Positions 1-10,295 of a stretch of 64,000 bases of DNA are shown here, in pieces (position 1 is the first letter of the stretch; every line of letters starts with the position of its first letter). Both the position numbers and the translations under genes were made by a program. Origin of the DNA: Kofleriaceae bacterium (GTDB lineage: Bacteria; Myxococcota_A; Polyangia; Haliangiales; Haliangiaceae); assembly GCA_046597055.1 (NCBI GenBank), contig JBKJLC010000237.1, forward strand, positions 1 through 64,000, written 5' to 3'. The notes under the pieces are model-generated. The model worked only from the letters and a program-made list of their open reading frames with translations. It was not told the origin of the DNA and searched no databases.

Positions 1-1
1 C

Positions 2-358
2 CAGCTTGCCGCCAGCGGCAAGCTGGTGCCTCTGACCGAGGACCTGGACCTGGCCAAGCGCACCCGGCGGACCTGCAAGCGGGCCGGGATCCCGCCGGTC
101 AACTTCCACGCGCTCCGCGCCACCTTCGGCACGCACGCGGCTGAGGCCGGGATGCCGATCGGCCAGCTCCGCGTGCTGCTCGGCCACGCGGACATCAGCA
201 CCACCGCGCGCTACCTGCGGTCCGACTCCACGATCGCCGCCGCTGACCCGCGGGCCCGACTCTCGTTCGCGCGCACCGACGCGGCGGTGGTGCCGATGGC
301 CGGTACACCCGACATGCACCAAGCCGGAACCAGCGGCAGCGGGCGCCCGAATTCCTGA
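2..358 (+). mobile_element. Tyrosine recombinase/integrase, C-terminal part (5' end outside window)
   Basis: Catalytic H-x-L-R (FHALRATF), LLGH and terminal Tyr (TTARY) motifs; frame open from window start; stops 10 bp from the tRNA-Arg 3' end. Confidence 0.9.
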
Positions 359-367
359 ATGATTTCG

Positions 368-441
368 TGATCCCAGCAGGAATCGAACCTGCGGCCTACG
401 GTTTAGGAAACCGTCGCTCTATCCGGCTGAGCTATGGGATC
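368..441 (-). tRNA. tRNA-Arg (anticodon CCT); CCA not encoded
   Basis: Reverse complement GATCCCATAGCTCAGCCGGATAGAGCGACGGTTTCCTAAACCGTAGGCCGCAGGTTCGATTCCTGCTGGGATCA folds as a cloverleaf with TTCGA T-loop. Confidence 0.95.
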
Positions 442-495
442 GGAAGTTTAGACGCTGTCTCGAGAGGGTCCCGGCAACGATCCTGGCACGTGGCT

Positions 496-527
496 GGTAC
501 CGGTCCGGATAGGTACCGGTCCGGATA
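496..527. repeat. Perfect 16-bp tandem duplication GGTACCGGTCCGGATA x2
   Basis: Read directly at 496-511 and 512-527. Confidence 0.85.
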
Positions 528-709
528 TGACCGACCTTGCCCGAGGGAGCCTGGAACCGCAAGTGCAGCTGCGGTCGCGGTCGAGGTCGTCGCGGCGAGG
601 GCGGTGGTGACGGTGCGGGCGGGGAGCGCTCGGTCCGGCGGCATGCGCGCGCGGTGCTCTGCCGTCCTTTGCGGACGGCGAGCTCCGCGGTTCGAGCCAT
701 GCTCGCACC

Positions 710-1573
710 ATGGCCAGCACGGGTCCCGCCCTGCCCCATCGCGGCGGTCGACGCGCGCTGCCGTGCGCGATGCTGCTCGCGGCCGCTGTGCTCGCGGTCG
801 GTTGCACCCTGGCCGAAAACTACGACGACCCGGCCGGGCCGCGTTACGCCGGTGATCACGCCGGCCCACCGCCACCGATCGGCGCCGACCTCCTGGTGGT
901 GACCTACAACCTCCGCTACGCGCTCGAGACCGACACCGCGATCGCCATCCTCGGCCAGCCGCCACTCGCGGGCGCCGACATCCTCCTCATGCAGGAGATG
1001 GATGCCGAGGGCTGCGAGCGCATCGCCGCCGCGTTCGGCTTCAACTACGTCTACTACCCCGCCTCGGTCAGCAGCATGGGCCGCGACTTCGGAACTGCGG
1101 TGCTCAGCCCGCATCCAATCGTCGCCGATCACAAGCTGATTCTGCCCCACGCCGACGGCACCAATGGCCGATTGCGGGCAGCCACCGCGGCGACGCTCGA
1201 CCTCGCCGGCACCCCGGTGACGGTCTACAGCGTCCACACGTCGATCCTCACGCTCGGGCTGGGCGCGCGGCTCGACCAGGCCGCTGCCATGGTCGACGAC
1301 GCACCCGCCACCGGTCCGCTGTTGATCGGCGGTGACTTCAACACGGGGGATCCCGGATCGGTCGACCAGACAATCGAGCTGTTCGCGGCGCGCGGGCTGG
1401 CCTGGTCCACCGCCGGCACCGATGACACCGGCGAGCTGAACGGGCTCGACTTCCTGCTCGACTTCGTGTTTGCGCGTGAGCTGCCGGCGCGTGCTGCGGG
1501 CGTGGTCACCGGTGACACCGGCAGCGATCACCGGCCGGTGTGGGTCCGGATCGCCGCCCCGACGCGCCCATGA
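710..1573 (+). CDS. Endonuclease/exonuclease/phosphatase (EEP) family lipoprotein
   Basis: VTYNL, LMQE, GGDFN, LDFVF and SDH motifs; lipobox LAVGC; start uncertain. Confidence 0.85.
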   Translation: MASTGPALPHRGGRRALPCAMLLAAAVLAVGCTLAENYDDPAGPRYAGDHAGPPPPIGADLLVVTYNLRYALETDTAIAILGQPPLAGADILLMQEMDAEGCERIAAAFGFNYVYYPASVSSMGRDFGTAVLSPHPIVADHKLILPHADGTNGRLRAATAATLDLAGTPVTVYSVHTSILTLGLGARLDQAAAMVDDAPATGPLLIGGDFNTGDPGSVDQTIELFAARGLAWSTAGTDDTGELNGLDFLLDFVFARELPARAAGVVTGDTGSDHRPVWVRIAAPTRP

Positions 1574-1637
1574 TCGCGTCGCGTGGCGCACCGTGGCGGG
1601 CCAGGGTGACCCCGCAACGCGCGCGCCGGAGCACCGG

Positions 1638-1991
1638 TCAGCTCGGCAAGTCACGGTCAGCGTCGACCAGCCGCTCGGCCGAGATCCAGTCGTCGAGCTC
1701 GGCGCCGGGCGCAAAGCCGCGCTGCTCGGCCAGTCGGTAGGCCAGCTCGGCGATGCGGTCGCGGCGCGCGTCCTCGTCGGCGATCCCGGCGTGACGCTCG
1801 GCAGTGCCCGAGGCGCCGCTGAAGTCGATGCCCCTGGACGGGCTCCCGTCGGCACCGGCCTCCGCGGTCGCCATGGATGCTGCGCTCGGGGCCGGGATGG
1901 CGGTGGGCGCAGGTACGGCGGTCGACGCGAGCGCGACGTCCGACGGGGTCGGGTTCGTCGAGGTGCGAGGCTTGCGCGGGTTGTTCCCCAT
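1638..1991 (-). CDS. DUF2934-like protein
   Basis: C-terminal RIAELAYRLAEQRGFAPGAELDDWISAE matches the DUF2934 pattern; low-complexity N-terminus; start uncertain. Confidence 0.75.
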   Translation of the reverse strand: MGNNPRKPRTSTNPTPSDVALASTAVPAPTAIPAPSAASMATAEAGADGSPSRGIDFSGASGTAERHAGIADEDARRDRIAELAYRLAEQRGFAPGAELDDWISAERLVDADRDLPS

Positions 1992-2060
1992 GACCCCGTC
2001 TACCCGCTCTCGCGAGCGCGCGCCACCTTCGCGCACGTGATCGTCGGTTTGATTACGTCG

Positions 2061-2078
2061 CTGTCACCGCGCTGACAG
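2061..2078. promoter_or_regulatory. Palindromic operator CTGTCA-N6-TGACAG (CRP/FNR-type geometry)
   Basis: CTGTCACCGCGCTGACAG in the divergent intergenic region. Confidence 0.4.
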
Positions 2079-2411
2079 GCCGACGCGCGCCTGTGCCACC
2101 AGCGCACGCGGCGAACGTCCGATCACGTCGGATCCACGTTCGCGTCGCGCGCGGTCGCGACCAGGTGATCCGCGATCACGTCAGCGCGCACGCTTCGACG
2201 CGGCCTCTGAACAGATCGACCGGCCGCTCGTCGCCGTCGGCGAGCTGAACCGACACCCAGCCGCGCTGACCGAGCCGGTACCCGGTCGGCTTGGTCCGGG
2301 ACGACATCGCGTCCGTGGGTAACGAGCCACCGCCGCGCCGGGCGGCGGTCCGGGTGCCCGCGCCCGCGCCAGTTTCTTGCCCCGCCCGGCCCGGCCGCCC
2401 ACCATCGGCGC

Positions 2412-2585
2412 ATGGCGAGGAAGATGCCAGTCGACTGCAAGCGCATCACCGAGACGCACCTGCACGGGCTCGACGACGATCAGCTCGGGCTGCTCGCGCT
2501 ACGCATCGAGGTGCAGACCCAGGCGCTCAATCGCGCGATGCGGCTGGTCGCGCAGGCGCTGGTCGATCGACAGCGCGCCGCCTGA
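2412..2585 (+). CDS. Small hypothetical protein (57 aa), below the ORF-track cutoff
   Basis: MARKMPVDCKRITETHLHGLDDDQLGLLALRIEVQTQALNRAMRLVAQALVDRQRAA; GC-rich third positions; helical character. Confidence 0.6.
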   Translation: MARKMPVDCKRITETHLHGLDDDQLGLLALRIEVQTQALNRAMRLVAQALVDRQRAA

Positions 2586-2614
2586 GCCGCGAGCCAGGGT
2601 CCACCGGCCAGGGC

Positions 2615-3109
2615 TCAGCGCCGGCGTCGGGGGCGCGCCGCGTCCTCGAAGAACATCGTCGCCGGGCTCCGCCCGACGCCCATCGCCTCGACCACGCCGA
2701 CGAGCGAGCTGGCGAGCCGCCCCAGCTCGTCCGGCGGAAGGGCGGCGAGCGCGGCGAGCAGCCGCTCCTGCGCTGGCCCCGGCGCGCGGCCGGCCAGAGC
2801 TCGTCCGCGCCGCGTCAGGGTCACCACCCGACGCCGACGATCGTCGTCGGCCGGGCCCCGTGTGACCAGGCGCTGATCGAGCAGGCGCTGCACGACCACC
2901 GAGACCGAGCTCTGGTGGGTCGCGGTCCGCGCTGCCAGCTCGCCGATGCTCAGGGACCCGCCGGCGGCGAGGCGCTGCAGCACGAACAGCTGCGCGCCGC
3001 TGATGCCCAGCTTCTTCTCCGCGCCGCGGGCGGTCTCGCGCAACACCTGGACGATGCGCCGGATCGCATCCATCGCCAGCCGGACGTCGGAGTCAGGTGC
3101 ACGCGCCAC
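2615..3109 (-). CDS. MarR family transcriptional regulator
   Basis: GISGAQLFVL...SIGELAARTATHQSSVSVVVQRL...DDRRRRVVTLT winged-helix pattern; GTG start 5 nt after TAGGTT. Confidence 0.9.
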   Translation of the reverse strand: MARAPDSDVRLAMDAIRRIVQVLRETARGAEKKLGISGAQLFVLQRLAAGGSLSIGELAARTATHQSSVSVVVQRLLDQRLVTRGPADDDRRRRVVTLTRRGRALAGRAPGPAQERLLAALAALPPDELGRLASSLVGVVEAMGVGRSPATMFFEDAARPRRRR

Positions 3110-3117
3110 CGAGCAAC

Positions 3118-4227
3118 CTACGGCAGCGTCGGCTCGACCAGGCCGCCCGGGCACGTCAGCCCGCCGAGGAACGCGACCACGTCACCCAGCTCCGCGTCGG
3201 TCAGCTTCTTGTCGGTGAGCAGCGCGGACAGGTTCTTGTTGGGCAGCCCGCCGGTCGCCATGTACCGGACCGCGTCCTCGAGCTTGGCGACCGAGCCGTC
3301 GTGGAAGTACGGCGGACTCTTGCTGATGTGGCGCAGCGACGGAACCTTGAACGCTGCCCAGTCGGTCGCCTGGCTGCTCACCGTCATGCGCCCCGGGTCG
3401 ACCTGATCGTCGGGCTTGCCCGCGATACCGATGCCCGCGTTGAAGTACGCGCCACCCTCGGTCATCATCGCGATCGAGAAGTGTGGCGGCGTGTGGCACG
3501 TGGTGCAGGCCGCCTTGCCGAAGAAGAGGTCGAGGCCGCGCTGCTGGGCCTCGTCGAGCGCCGCCTTGTCACCGCTCGCGAACTTGTCGTACGGCGTGTC
3601 GGTGCACGTGATCGTCCGCATGTACGCGGTCAGCGCCGCGGCGACCCGATCGGCGGTCGCCGCCTTGTCCCCGAACGCAGCCGCGAACAGCGGCTGGTAG
3701 CCCTTGATGGCGCCGATCTCGCCGGCCTTCTTGTCGAGGTTGTCCTTCCCGACCGCCATGTTGCCGCCACCCCACGCGCCCTTGGCGACGTCCTCGAGCG
3801 TCTTCGCGCGGCCGTCCCAGTAGAACGCGCCCTTGGCGTAGCCGAGGTTCCACAGCGTCGGCGCGTGCCGGGTCAGCGGCTTGTCACCCGGGCCGATCGC
3901 GATCGGATCGTGACCACCGGTGCCGTCCGCGTTGAGGTGGCAGGAGTAGCAGGCGCGCGAGCCGTCGACCGACAGGCGCTTGTCGAAGAACAGCGCGTGA
4001 CCGAGCGCGACCTTGGCCGCGCCGGCCGGGTCGGCCGCGAGCTCCAGCGCGGGCATCGGCTCGAGCTTGGCCTGTGACGGCCGCGGCGGCGAGGGCGCGG
4101 GCGTCAGGGTCGCGGCGCCCGCGGTGCCGGTACCGGCGCCACCCGCGGGCGCCGCTTCCTTCTTCTTGCACGCGGTCACCAGGCTCGTCCCGATGACCAC
4201 ACCCAACATGACGGCGCGCAGCTGCAT
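3118..4227 (-). CDS. Di-heme cytochrome c peroxidase (CCP/MauG family) lipoprotein
   Basis: Two CxxCH motifs (CYSCH, CTTCH), LFFDKRLS, YWDGRA, FKVPSLR, PYFHDGS. Confidence 0.92.
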   Translation of the reverse strand: MQLRAVMLGVVIGTSLVTACKKKEAAPAGGAGTGTAGAATLTPAPSPPRPSQAKLEPMPALELAADPAGAAKVALGHALFFDKRLSVDGSRACYSCHLNADGTGGHDPIAIGPGDKPLTRHAPTLWNLGYAKGAFYWDGRAKTLEDVAKGAWGGGNMAVGKDNLDKKAGEIGAIKGYQPLFAAAFGDKAATADRVAAALTAYMRTITCTDTPYDKFASGDKAALDEAQQRGLDLFFGKAACTTCHTPPHFSIAMMTEGGAYFNAGIGIAGKPDDQVDPGRMTVSSQATDWAAFKVPSLRHISKSPPYFHDGSVAKLEDAVRYMATGGLPNKNLSALLTDKKLTDAELGDVVAFLGGLTCPGGLVEPTLP

Positions 4228-4247
4228 GCGCGCAGGCTACCGCAGAA

Positions 4248-4664
4248 TCAGGGCGCGTCACCCGCGGTCGGCTTCACGTTCTCGAGGCACGCCAGCAGCG
4301 GATCGCACGCGGTCTCCTCGGCCATGCAGACCTCGTAGACCCGGACCTGGCGCGACGACAGCGCCTGCGCCTTGCAGCCCTCGATGAACTCGCGCGTGTG
4401 GACGGGCCGGATCTTCTCCGGATCCAGCTCGGCGAGCTCCGCCGGCGACATCGTGCGCCGCGCATCGTCGATCGCGCACGTGGTGATCTTCGGGCCGAGC
4501 GTCTCGCAGGCGGCGTCGCGCCGGGTCTCGAGCTCGGAGCGCGCGGGCGCCGGGGCGGGGTCGTCGGGTAGCGTGTCGTCGACCGGCTTGGGCTTGCCGC
4601 CGCAGGCGAGCACGACCGAGACGGCGAGCGGCCACACGCAGCGGCGGATCGAGAGCACGTTCAT
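4248..4664 (-). CDS. Hypothetical Cys-rich lipoprotein
   Basis: Lipobox VLACG; paired cysteines; codon bias. Confidence 0.7.
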   Translation of the reverse strand: MNVLSIRRCVWPLAVSVVLACGGKPKPVDDTLPDDPAPAPARSELETRRDAACETLGPKITTCAIDDARRTMSPAELAELDPEKIRPVHTREFIEGCKAQALSSRQVRVYEVCMAEETACDPLLACLENVKPTAGDAP

Positions 4665-4825
4665 CGCGACCGAGCCTACCACCACCGGACCGACGCCTCC
4701 GGCCCCCGACGCGCCGCGCGTCGCCGGACCTGCCCCTGTCCGCGTCGCGCGTCACGTCGCACCGGAACCAGGCGCGTCCGGTCGACGTCTCGAGACCGGT
4801 GGCCGAGCCGCGCTTCCCCGGCAGG

Positions 4826-5193
4826 CTAGCGCAGCGCGGTGCCCTCGGTGCCCTCGTCGTCGAGCGGCACCAGACAGCTGCGCTCGAGCTCCGCCACGCT
4901 CGACGCCTTGGTCACGCACGGGACCACCCGCGCCGGTGCCGCCCGACAGTCGGTGAGCACCATCGCGACGTTGTCCGCGACCTCGTCGGCGGTCATCCGG
5001 GTCTTGTCGTCGCCGCTCGCGGCGTTGGCCTGGTAGAGCGACTGCACGTGCGCGGTCAGGCCGTCGCAGGCCGAAACCTCACCGCCGGTGCCGGTGCCAG
5101 TCGTCCCGCCGGTGCCGGTGGTGCCCGGACTGCTGGGCTTGCAGCACGCCGCCGAGGCCGCGAGCGCCAGCACGAACCCGCAGCGAGCGATCG

Positions 5194-5197
<4 letters not shown>
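4826..5197 (-). CDS. Hypothetical Cys-containing lipoprotein
   Basis: Signal peptide with AACC, G/T linker; 4-nt overlap with surE stop. Confidence 0.7.
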
Positions 5198-5967
<770 letters not shown>

Positions 5968-5995
5968 GCCGGGGCATGCCATCACATGTCTGGCC

Positions 5996-6034
5996 GAAAA
6001 AACAAACGAGACGGTCAGTTGAGTGACCGTCCCG
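5996..6034 (-). terminator. Probable intrinsic terminator after tRNA-Pro
   Basis: Stem ACGGTCA/TGACCGT followed on the minus strand by a T-rich tract (GTTTGTTTTTT). Confidence 0.6.
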
Positions 6035-6041
6035 TTCCTCG

Positions 6042-6115
6042 TCGGGGCGACAGGATTTGAACCTGCGACCCCCAGACCCCCAGTCTGGTGCGCTACCAGG
6101 CTGCGCTACGCCCCG
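6042..6115 (-). tRNA. tRNA-Pro (anticodon GGG)
   Basis: Reverse complement CGGGGCGTAGCGCAGCCTGGTAGCGCACCAGACTGGGGGTCTGGGGGTCGCAGGTTCAAATCCTGTCGCCCCGA. Confidence 0.96.
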
Positions 6116-6200
6116 GATGACAAGGACCGCGGTTCTAGTGCATTCCTCGACCCGCCGCAAGCGCTGGTGCTCGGTTCGCGACACCGAGTCGCGTTCGAGC

Positions 6201-6500
6201 TCAGGTCGCGGGCTGGCCGTTGAGGATGTTCTTGAGGACCTGGCTGGGCTTGAACGTCAGCACGCGCCGCGCCGAGATGGTGATCTCTTCGCCGGTCTGG
6301 GGGTTCCGGCCGATGCGCGCCTTCTTCTCGCGAACGATGAAGTTCCCGAATCCCGAGATCTTGATCTTCTCGCCGCGCTCGAGCGTCTCCTTGATCTGGT
6401 TGAAGACACTCTCGACGATCTCCGCCGCTTCCTTCTTGGAGAATCCCCCGACCTTCTCGTAGACGGCCTCGATGATGTCGGCTTTTGTCATTCGCGCCAT
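6201..6500 (-). CDS. ihfA: Integration host factor subunit alpha
   Basis: MTKADI...KISGFGNF...RIGRNPQTGEEITISARRVLTFKPS; located after pheT. Confidence 0.93.
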   Translation of the reverse strand: MARMTKADIIEAVYEKVGGFSKKEAAEIVESVFNQIKETLERGEKIKISGFGNFIVREKKARIGRNPQTGEEITISARRVLTFKPSQVLKNILNGQPAT

Positions 6501-6669
6501 CCTCCGCTAGCTCCTTGCGAGCCCCTTCATCGTGGAAGGGGCGTGGTCGAAGGGTGCCGGCTCTCCGGCAGAACGTACTGACATTATCACGACTTGGCGC
6601 GCAGGTGTGCAAGCTCGCGAGATCTCTCGATCTTCTGTCGACGCCGAATTGGCGTTTAATCTCAGCGAC

Positions 6670-9120
6670 TTAGCGCCGCTCGGCGGGGATCTCTTGCACG
6701 AGGCGCGCGACGATCGCGTCGTGCGCGCGGTCAACCTCGGCATCGGTGAGCGTGCGATCCGGGGCTCGATAGAGGATCGACCACAGCACGCTCTTCTTGT
6801 CGGCGCCGAGCCGGGCCGCGTCGCGGTACTCCTCGACGAGGGCGGCGGTCTCGAGCAACGGCTCGGCGGCGGCGCGGAGCACCTCGCCGATCCGCGCCGC
6901 GGGCACGCGGTCGGCGATGAGGAGCGACACGTCGCGCGAGCTGGCCGGATACCGAGGAACCGCGCGCATCTGCGACGCGCTCGCCGACGGGATCGCGCCG
7001 AGCGCGAGGTCGAACGCGTACACGGGCCCGACCAGTCCCATCTGCTCGCGCACGTCGGGATGGACCTCGCCGACCTCGCCGAGCACCACGTCGCCGAGCC
7101 GCACCCGCGCCGCGATCCCTGGATGGAGGTACGGAACGTCGCTCACCGCCTCGAACCGCAGCGCGCCAGGATCGCTGCCCAGCGCGCGCACGAGGTGCTC
7201 GACCAGGCCCTTGGCGTCGAAGTAGTCCCAGGGCGACGGCGCCCCGAGCCAGCGCGGACGGGCGCCGGCGAGCACCGCCGCCGCGCGCAGCGGCTCGTCG
7301 AGCAGCTCGGTCGGCTCACCCTCGTAGGGCTGGCCGGGCTTGCGCAGGAACACCGCGCCGACCTCGAACAGCGCGACGTCGGGCAGGCCAAAGCTGAGGT
7401 TGCGGGCGACCGCGCCCAGCAGGTTTGGCAGGAGCGACGTTCGCAGGATCGCCTGGTCGGCGCTCATCGGATTGCGCAGCGCGACCGGGTGCGCACGCCG
7501 ATCGTCGGCGGGGAGGCCCAGGGCCGCGAGCCGATCCCGGTGATGGAACCCGAACATGATCGCCTCGGCCAGGCCGGCGCCGGCGAGCGCGGTGCGCGCC
7601 CGATCCGCGGTGTCATCGACGATCCGGATCGGCGTGGCGCGCAGGGTCGGCAGGGTCGCGGGCACGTTGCCGTAGCCCGACACCCGCAGCACGTCCTCGA
7701 TCAGATCGACCTCGCGGGTGAGGTCGGCGCGCGCCGACGGCGCCGTGACCTCCCAGCGACCGGGGCCGCTGACGGCGACCTCGCAGCCGAGCCGCGCGAG
7801 CGCGGCCTCGCAGTCGCCCGCCGACAGATCGGTGCCGGTCAGCCGGCGCACGCGCTCGAGCCGGAGCGGCACCGCGACCCGCACCCGCGGGCGCGGGTAG
7901 GCATCGACCAGGCCGGTGGCGACGCGACCGCCGCCGAGCCGGGCGAGCAGGACCGCGGCCCGCGCGGCCGCGAGCGGCGCCAGCGCCGGATCGACGCCGC
8001 GCTCGAACCGCTGCGAGGCCTCCGACGGTAGCGCCAGGCGCCGCGCCGTGCGGCGCACCGCGCGCGCATCGAAGCTGGCGCTCTCGAGCAGGATGCGGGT
8101 GGTCGTGGCCGACACCTCGCTGTCCTGCCCGCCCATGACGCCGGCCAGCGCGACCGGCCGCTCGGCGTCGCAGATCAGCAGATCGCCGGGCTCGAGCGCG
8201 CGGTCGAGCCCGTCGAGCGTGGTCATCCGCTCGCCGGCGCGGGCGCGGCGAACGTTGATCCGGGCGCCCCGGACCTGGTGCCAGTCGAACGCGTGCAGCG
8301 GCTGGCCGAGCTCGAACATCACGTAGTTCGAGACGTCGACCAGGTTGGAGATCGCGCGCACGCCGACCGCGCGCAGGCGGGCCGCGAGCTTGCGCGGCGA
8401 GCGGCCCACCGCGACCCCGTCGATCACGCGCGCGACGTAGCGCGGGCAGCCATCGGGATCGTCGATCGTGATCGCGGCGAGCTCGGCCGCGCGCAGCGGC
8501 GCCGCCAGCTCCTCGAGATCGGCGCTGACGTCGGGCGGGACCAGCCGGCCCCCGAGCAGCGCGGCCAGCTCTCGAGCCAGCCCGAGGTGGCCGAGGCAAT
8601 CGCCCCGGTTGGCCGGCACGTTGACGTCGAGCACCCAGTCGGCGACGCCGAGCGCCTGCTGCGCCAGCGCGCCGACCGCGATCGGATCGCCGTCGTCGAG
8701 CACGATGATCCCGGCGCTGTCGTCGGCGGTGCCGAGCTCGGCGTCCGAGCACAGCATGCCGGGCGAGTCGATGCCCTTGACCGGCCTGGTCGCGAGCGTG
8801 ATCCCACCCGGCAGGGTCGCGCCCGGCGGGGCCCACAGCACCTTGCGACCGATCTCGGGCACGTTGGGCGCGCCGCACACGACCTGGGTCGCGGGGCCGC
8901 CGCGGCGATCGATCACGTCGACCAAGGTGAGCTTGTCGCTCCCCGGGTGCGGGCGCTTGCCGACGACCTCGGCGACCACGACCCCGGAGAACGCGGCGCC
9001 GAGATCGAGCAGGCCCTCGATCTCGAGGCCACCTGCGGTGAGCGCACGGGCGCCCTCCTCGGCCGACACCGCGTGCGGCAGATCGACGAGCTCACACAGC
9101 CAGGACCAGACCGCCTTCAT
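6670..9120 (-). CDS. pheT: Phenylalanine--tRNA ligase beta subunit
   Basis: QVVCGAPNV, SPGMLCS, ANRGDCL, GQPLHAFD, RFERGVD, LRTSLLP; real start MKAVWSWL. Confidence 0.97.
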   Translation of the reverse strand: MKAVWSWLCELVDLPHAVSAEEGARALTAGGLEIEGLLDLGAAFSGVVVAEVVGKRPHPGSDKLTLVDVIDRRGGPATQVVCGAPNVPEIGRKVLWAPPGATLPGGITLATRPVKGIDSPGMLCSDAELGTADDSAGIIVLDDGDPIAVGALAQQALGVADWVLDVNVPANRGDCLGHLGLARELAALLGGRLVPPDVSADLEELAAPLRAAELAAITIDDPDGCPRYVARVIDGVAVGRSPRKLAARLRAVGVRAISNLVDVSNYVMFELGQPLHAFDWHQVRGARINVRRARAGERMTTLDGLDRALEPGDLLICDAERPVALAGVMGGQDSEVSATTTRILLESASFDARAVRRTARRLALPSEASQRFERGVDPALAPLAAARAAVLLARLGGGRVATGLVDAYPRPRVRVAVPLRLERVRRLTGTDLSAGDCEAALARLGCEVAVSGPGRWEVTAPSARADLTREVDLIEDVLRVSGYGNVPATLPTLRATPIRIVDDTADRARTALAGAGLAEAIMFGFHHRDRLAALGLPADDRRAHPVALRNPMSADQAILRTSLLPNLLGAVARNLSFGLPDVALFEVGAVFLRKPGQPYEGEPTELLDEPLRAAAVLAGARPRWLGAPSPWDYFDAKGLVEHLVRALGSDPGALRFEAVSDVPYLHPGIAARVRLGDVVLGEVGEVHPDVREQMGLVGPVYAFDLALGAIPSASASQMRAVPRYPASSRDVSLLIADRVPAARIGEVLRAAAEPLLETAALVEEYRDAARLGADKKSVLWSILYRAPDRTLTDAEVDRAHDAIVARLVQEIPAERR

Positions 9121-9130
9121 GGGCGCCTCC

Positions 9131-10177
9131 TCAGAACTGCGCCAGGAAGCGCAGGTCGCCTTCGTAGTACAGCTTGATGTCGTTGACGCCGTGGCGGAGC
9201 ATCGCCATGCGCTCGATGCCCATGCCGAACGCGAACCCGGTGTAGCGCTCGCTGTCGATCCCCACGTGCGCGAACACGTCGGGATCGACCATGCCGGCGC
9301 CGCCGATCTCGATCCAGCCGGTGCCCTTGCACAGGCGGCAGTTGCTGCCGGTGCCGCGGCAGAACGCGCACGAGAAGTCGACCTCGACCCCGGGCTCGAC
9401 GAACGGGAAGTAGCTGGGCCGGAACCGGACGTCGAGGCCGCCGCCGGCACCGCCGAAGAAGCGATTGGCCAGGTGGAGCAGCACGCCCTTTAGGTCGCTG
9501 AACCGCACGTCCTCGTCGACCACCAACCCCTCGATCTGGCTGAACATGGGGCTGTGGGTCGCGTCGTCGTCGCGGCGGTAGACGATCCCGGGCGCGACGA
9601 TCCGGATCGGCGGCCGGTAGGTCTGCATCGTCCGGATCTGCACCGGGCTGGTGTGCGTGCGCAGGACGATCTCGTCGGAGACGTAGAACGTGTCCTGCAT
9701 GTCGCGCGCGGGATGCTCGCGCGGCATGGCGAGGGCCTCGAAGGTGTGCCAGTCGGTCTCGACCTGGGGACCCTCGGCGACCGAGAAGCCGAGCTCGGCG
9801 AAGATCGCCTGGAGCTCACGCCGGACCTGGGTGAGCAGGTGGAGGTGCCCACCCCCGAAGGGACGACCGGGCAGCGTGACGTCGACGCTCCGCCCGAGGT
9901 CGGCGACCCGGCGCGCGGCGGTGAGCGCGCCCAGGCGCTGCTCGACCTGGCCGGCGATCGCATCGCGGACCCGGTTGGCCGCCTCGCCGACGATCGGGCG
10001 ATCGGCCGGGGGCAACCGACCGAGCTCCTTCATCACCGCCGAGACCTGTCCCTTCTTGCCGAGGAACTGGGCCTGCGCGGCGCGGATCGACTGCTCGTCG
10101 GTGAGCGGCGCGATGATCGCGGCGAACTCGCCGCCGAGCCGGTCGAGCTGAGCGATCAGGTCGTTGGTGGTGTTCAT
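9131..10177 (-). CDS. pheS: Phenylalanine--tRNA ligase alpha subunit
   Basis: HPARDMQDTFY, LRTHTSPVQIR, THSPMFSQIEG, RPSYFPFVEP, GFAFGMGIER. Confidence 0.97.
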   Translation of the reverse strand: MNTTNDLIAQLDRLGGEFAAIIAPLTDEQSIRAAQAQFLGKKGQVSAVMKELGRLPPADRPIVGEAANRVRDAIAGQVEQRLGALTAARRVADLGRSVDVTLPGRPFGGGHLHLLTQVRRELQAIFAELGFSVAEGPQVETDWHTFEALAMPREHPARDMQDTFYVSDEIVLRTHTSPVQIRTMQTYRPPIRIVAPGIVYRRDDDATHSPMFSQIEGLVVDEDVRFSDLKGVLLHLANRFFGGAGGGLDVRFRPSYFPFVEPGVEVDFSCAFCRGTGSNCRLCKGTGWIEIGGAGMVDPDVFAHVGIDSERYTGFAFGMGIERMAMLRHGVNDIKLYYEGDLRFLAQF

Positions 10178-10295
10178 GCTGGCTCCACGACCCCGAAACG
10201 AATCGAGGCCGCACTGGGCGGCCTCGAGGTCGAAAACCCGGGCCGCGGCCCGGGTGATATCAGGCGCGGTGAACGCGCCGCTCAGATCAGGGAGA

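Noticed and set aside
367..855. 162-aa ORF starting MIPAGIEPAAYGLGNRRS
   Set aside because: Antisense translation of tRNA-Arg; the same artefact gives ORFs at 5921-6223 (tRNA-Pro) and 12167-12457 (tRNA-Val)
2079..2100. TGGCAC on the minus strand as a sigma54 promoter
   Set aside because: The -12 GC is not at the required GG-N10-GC spacing
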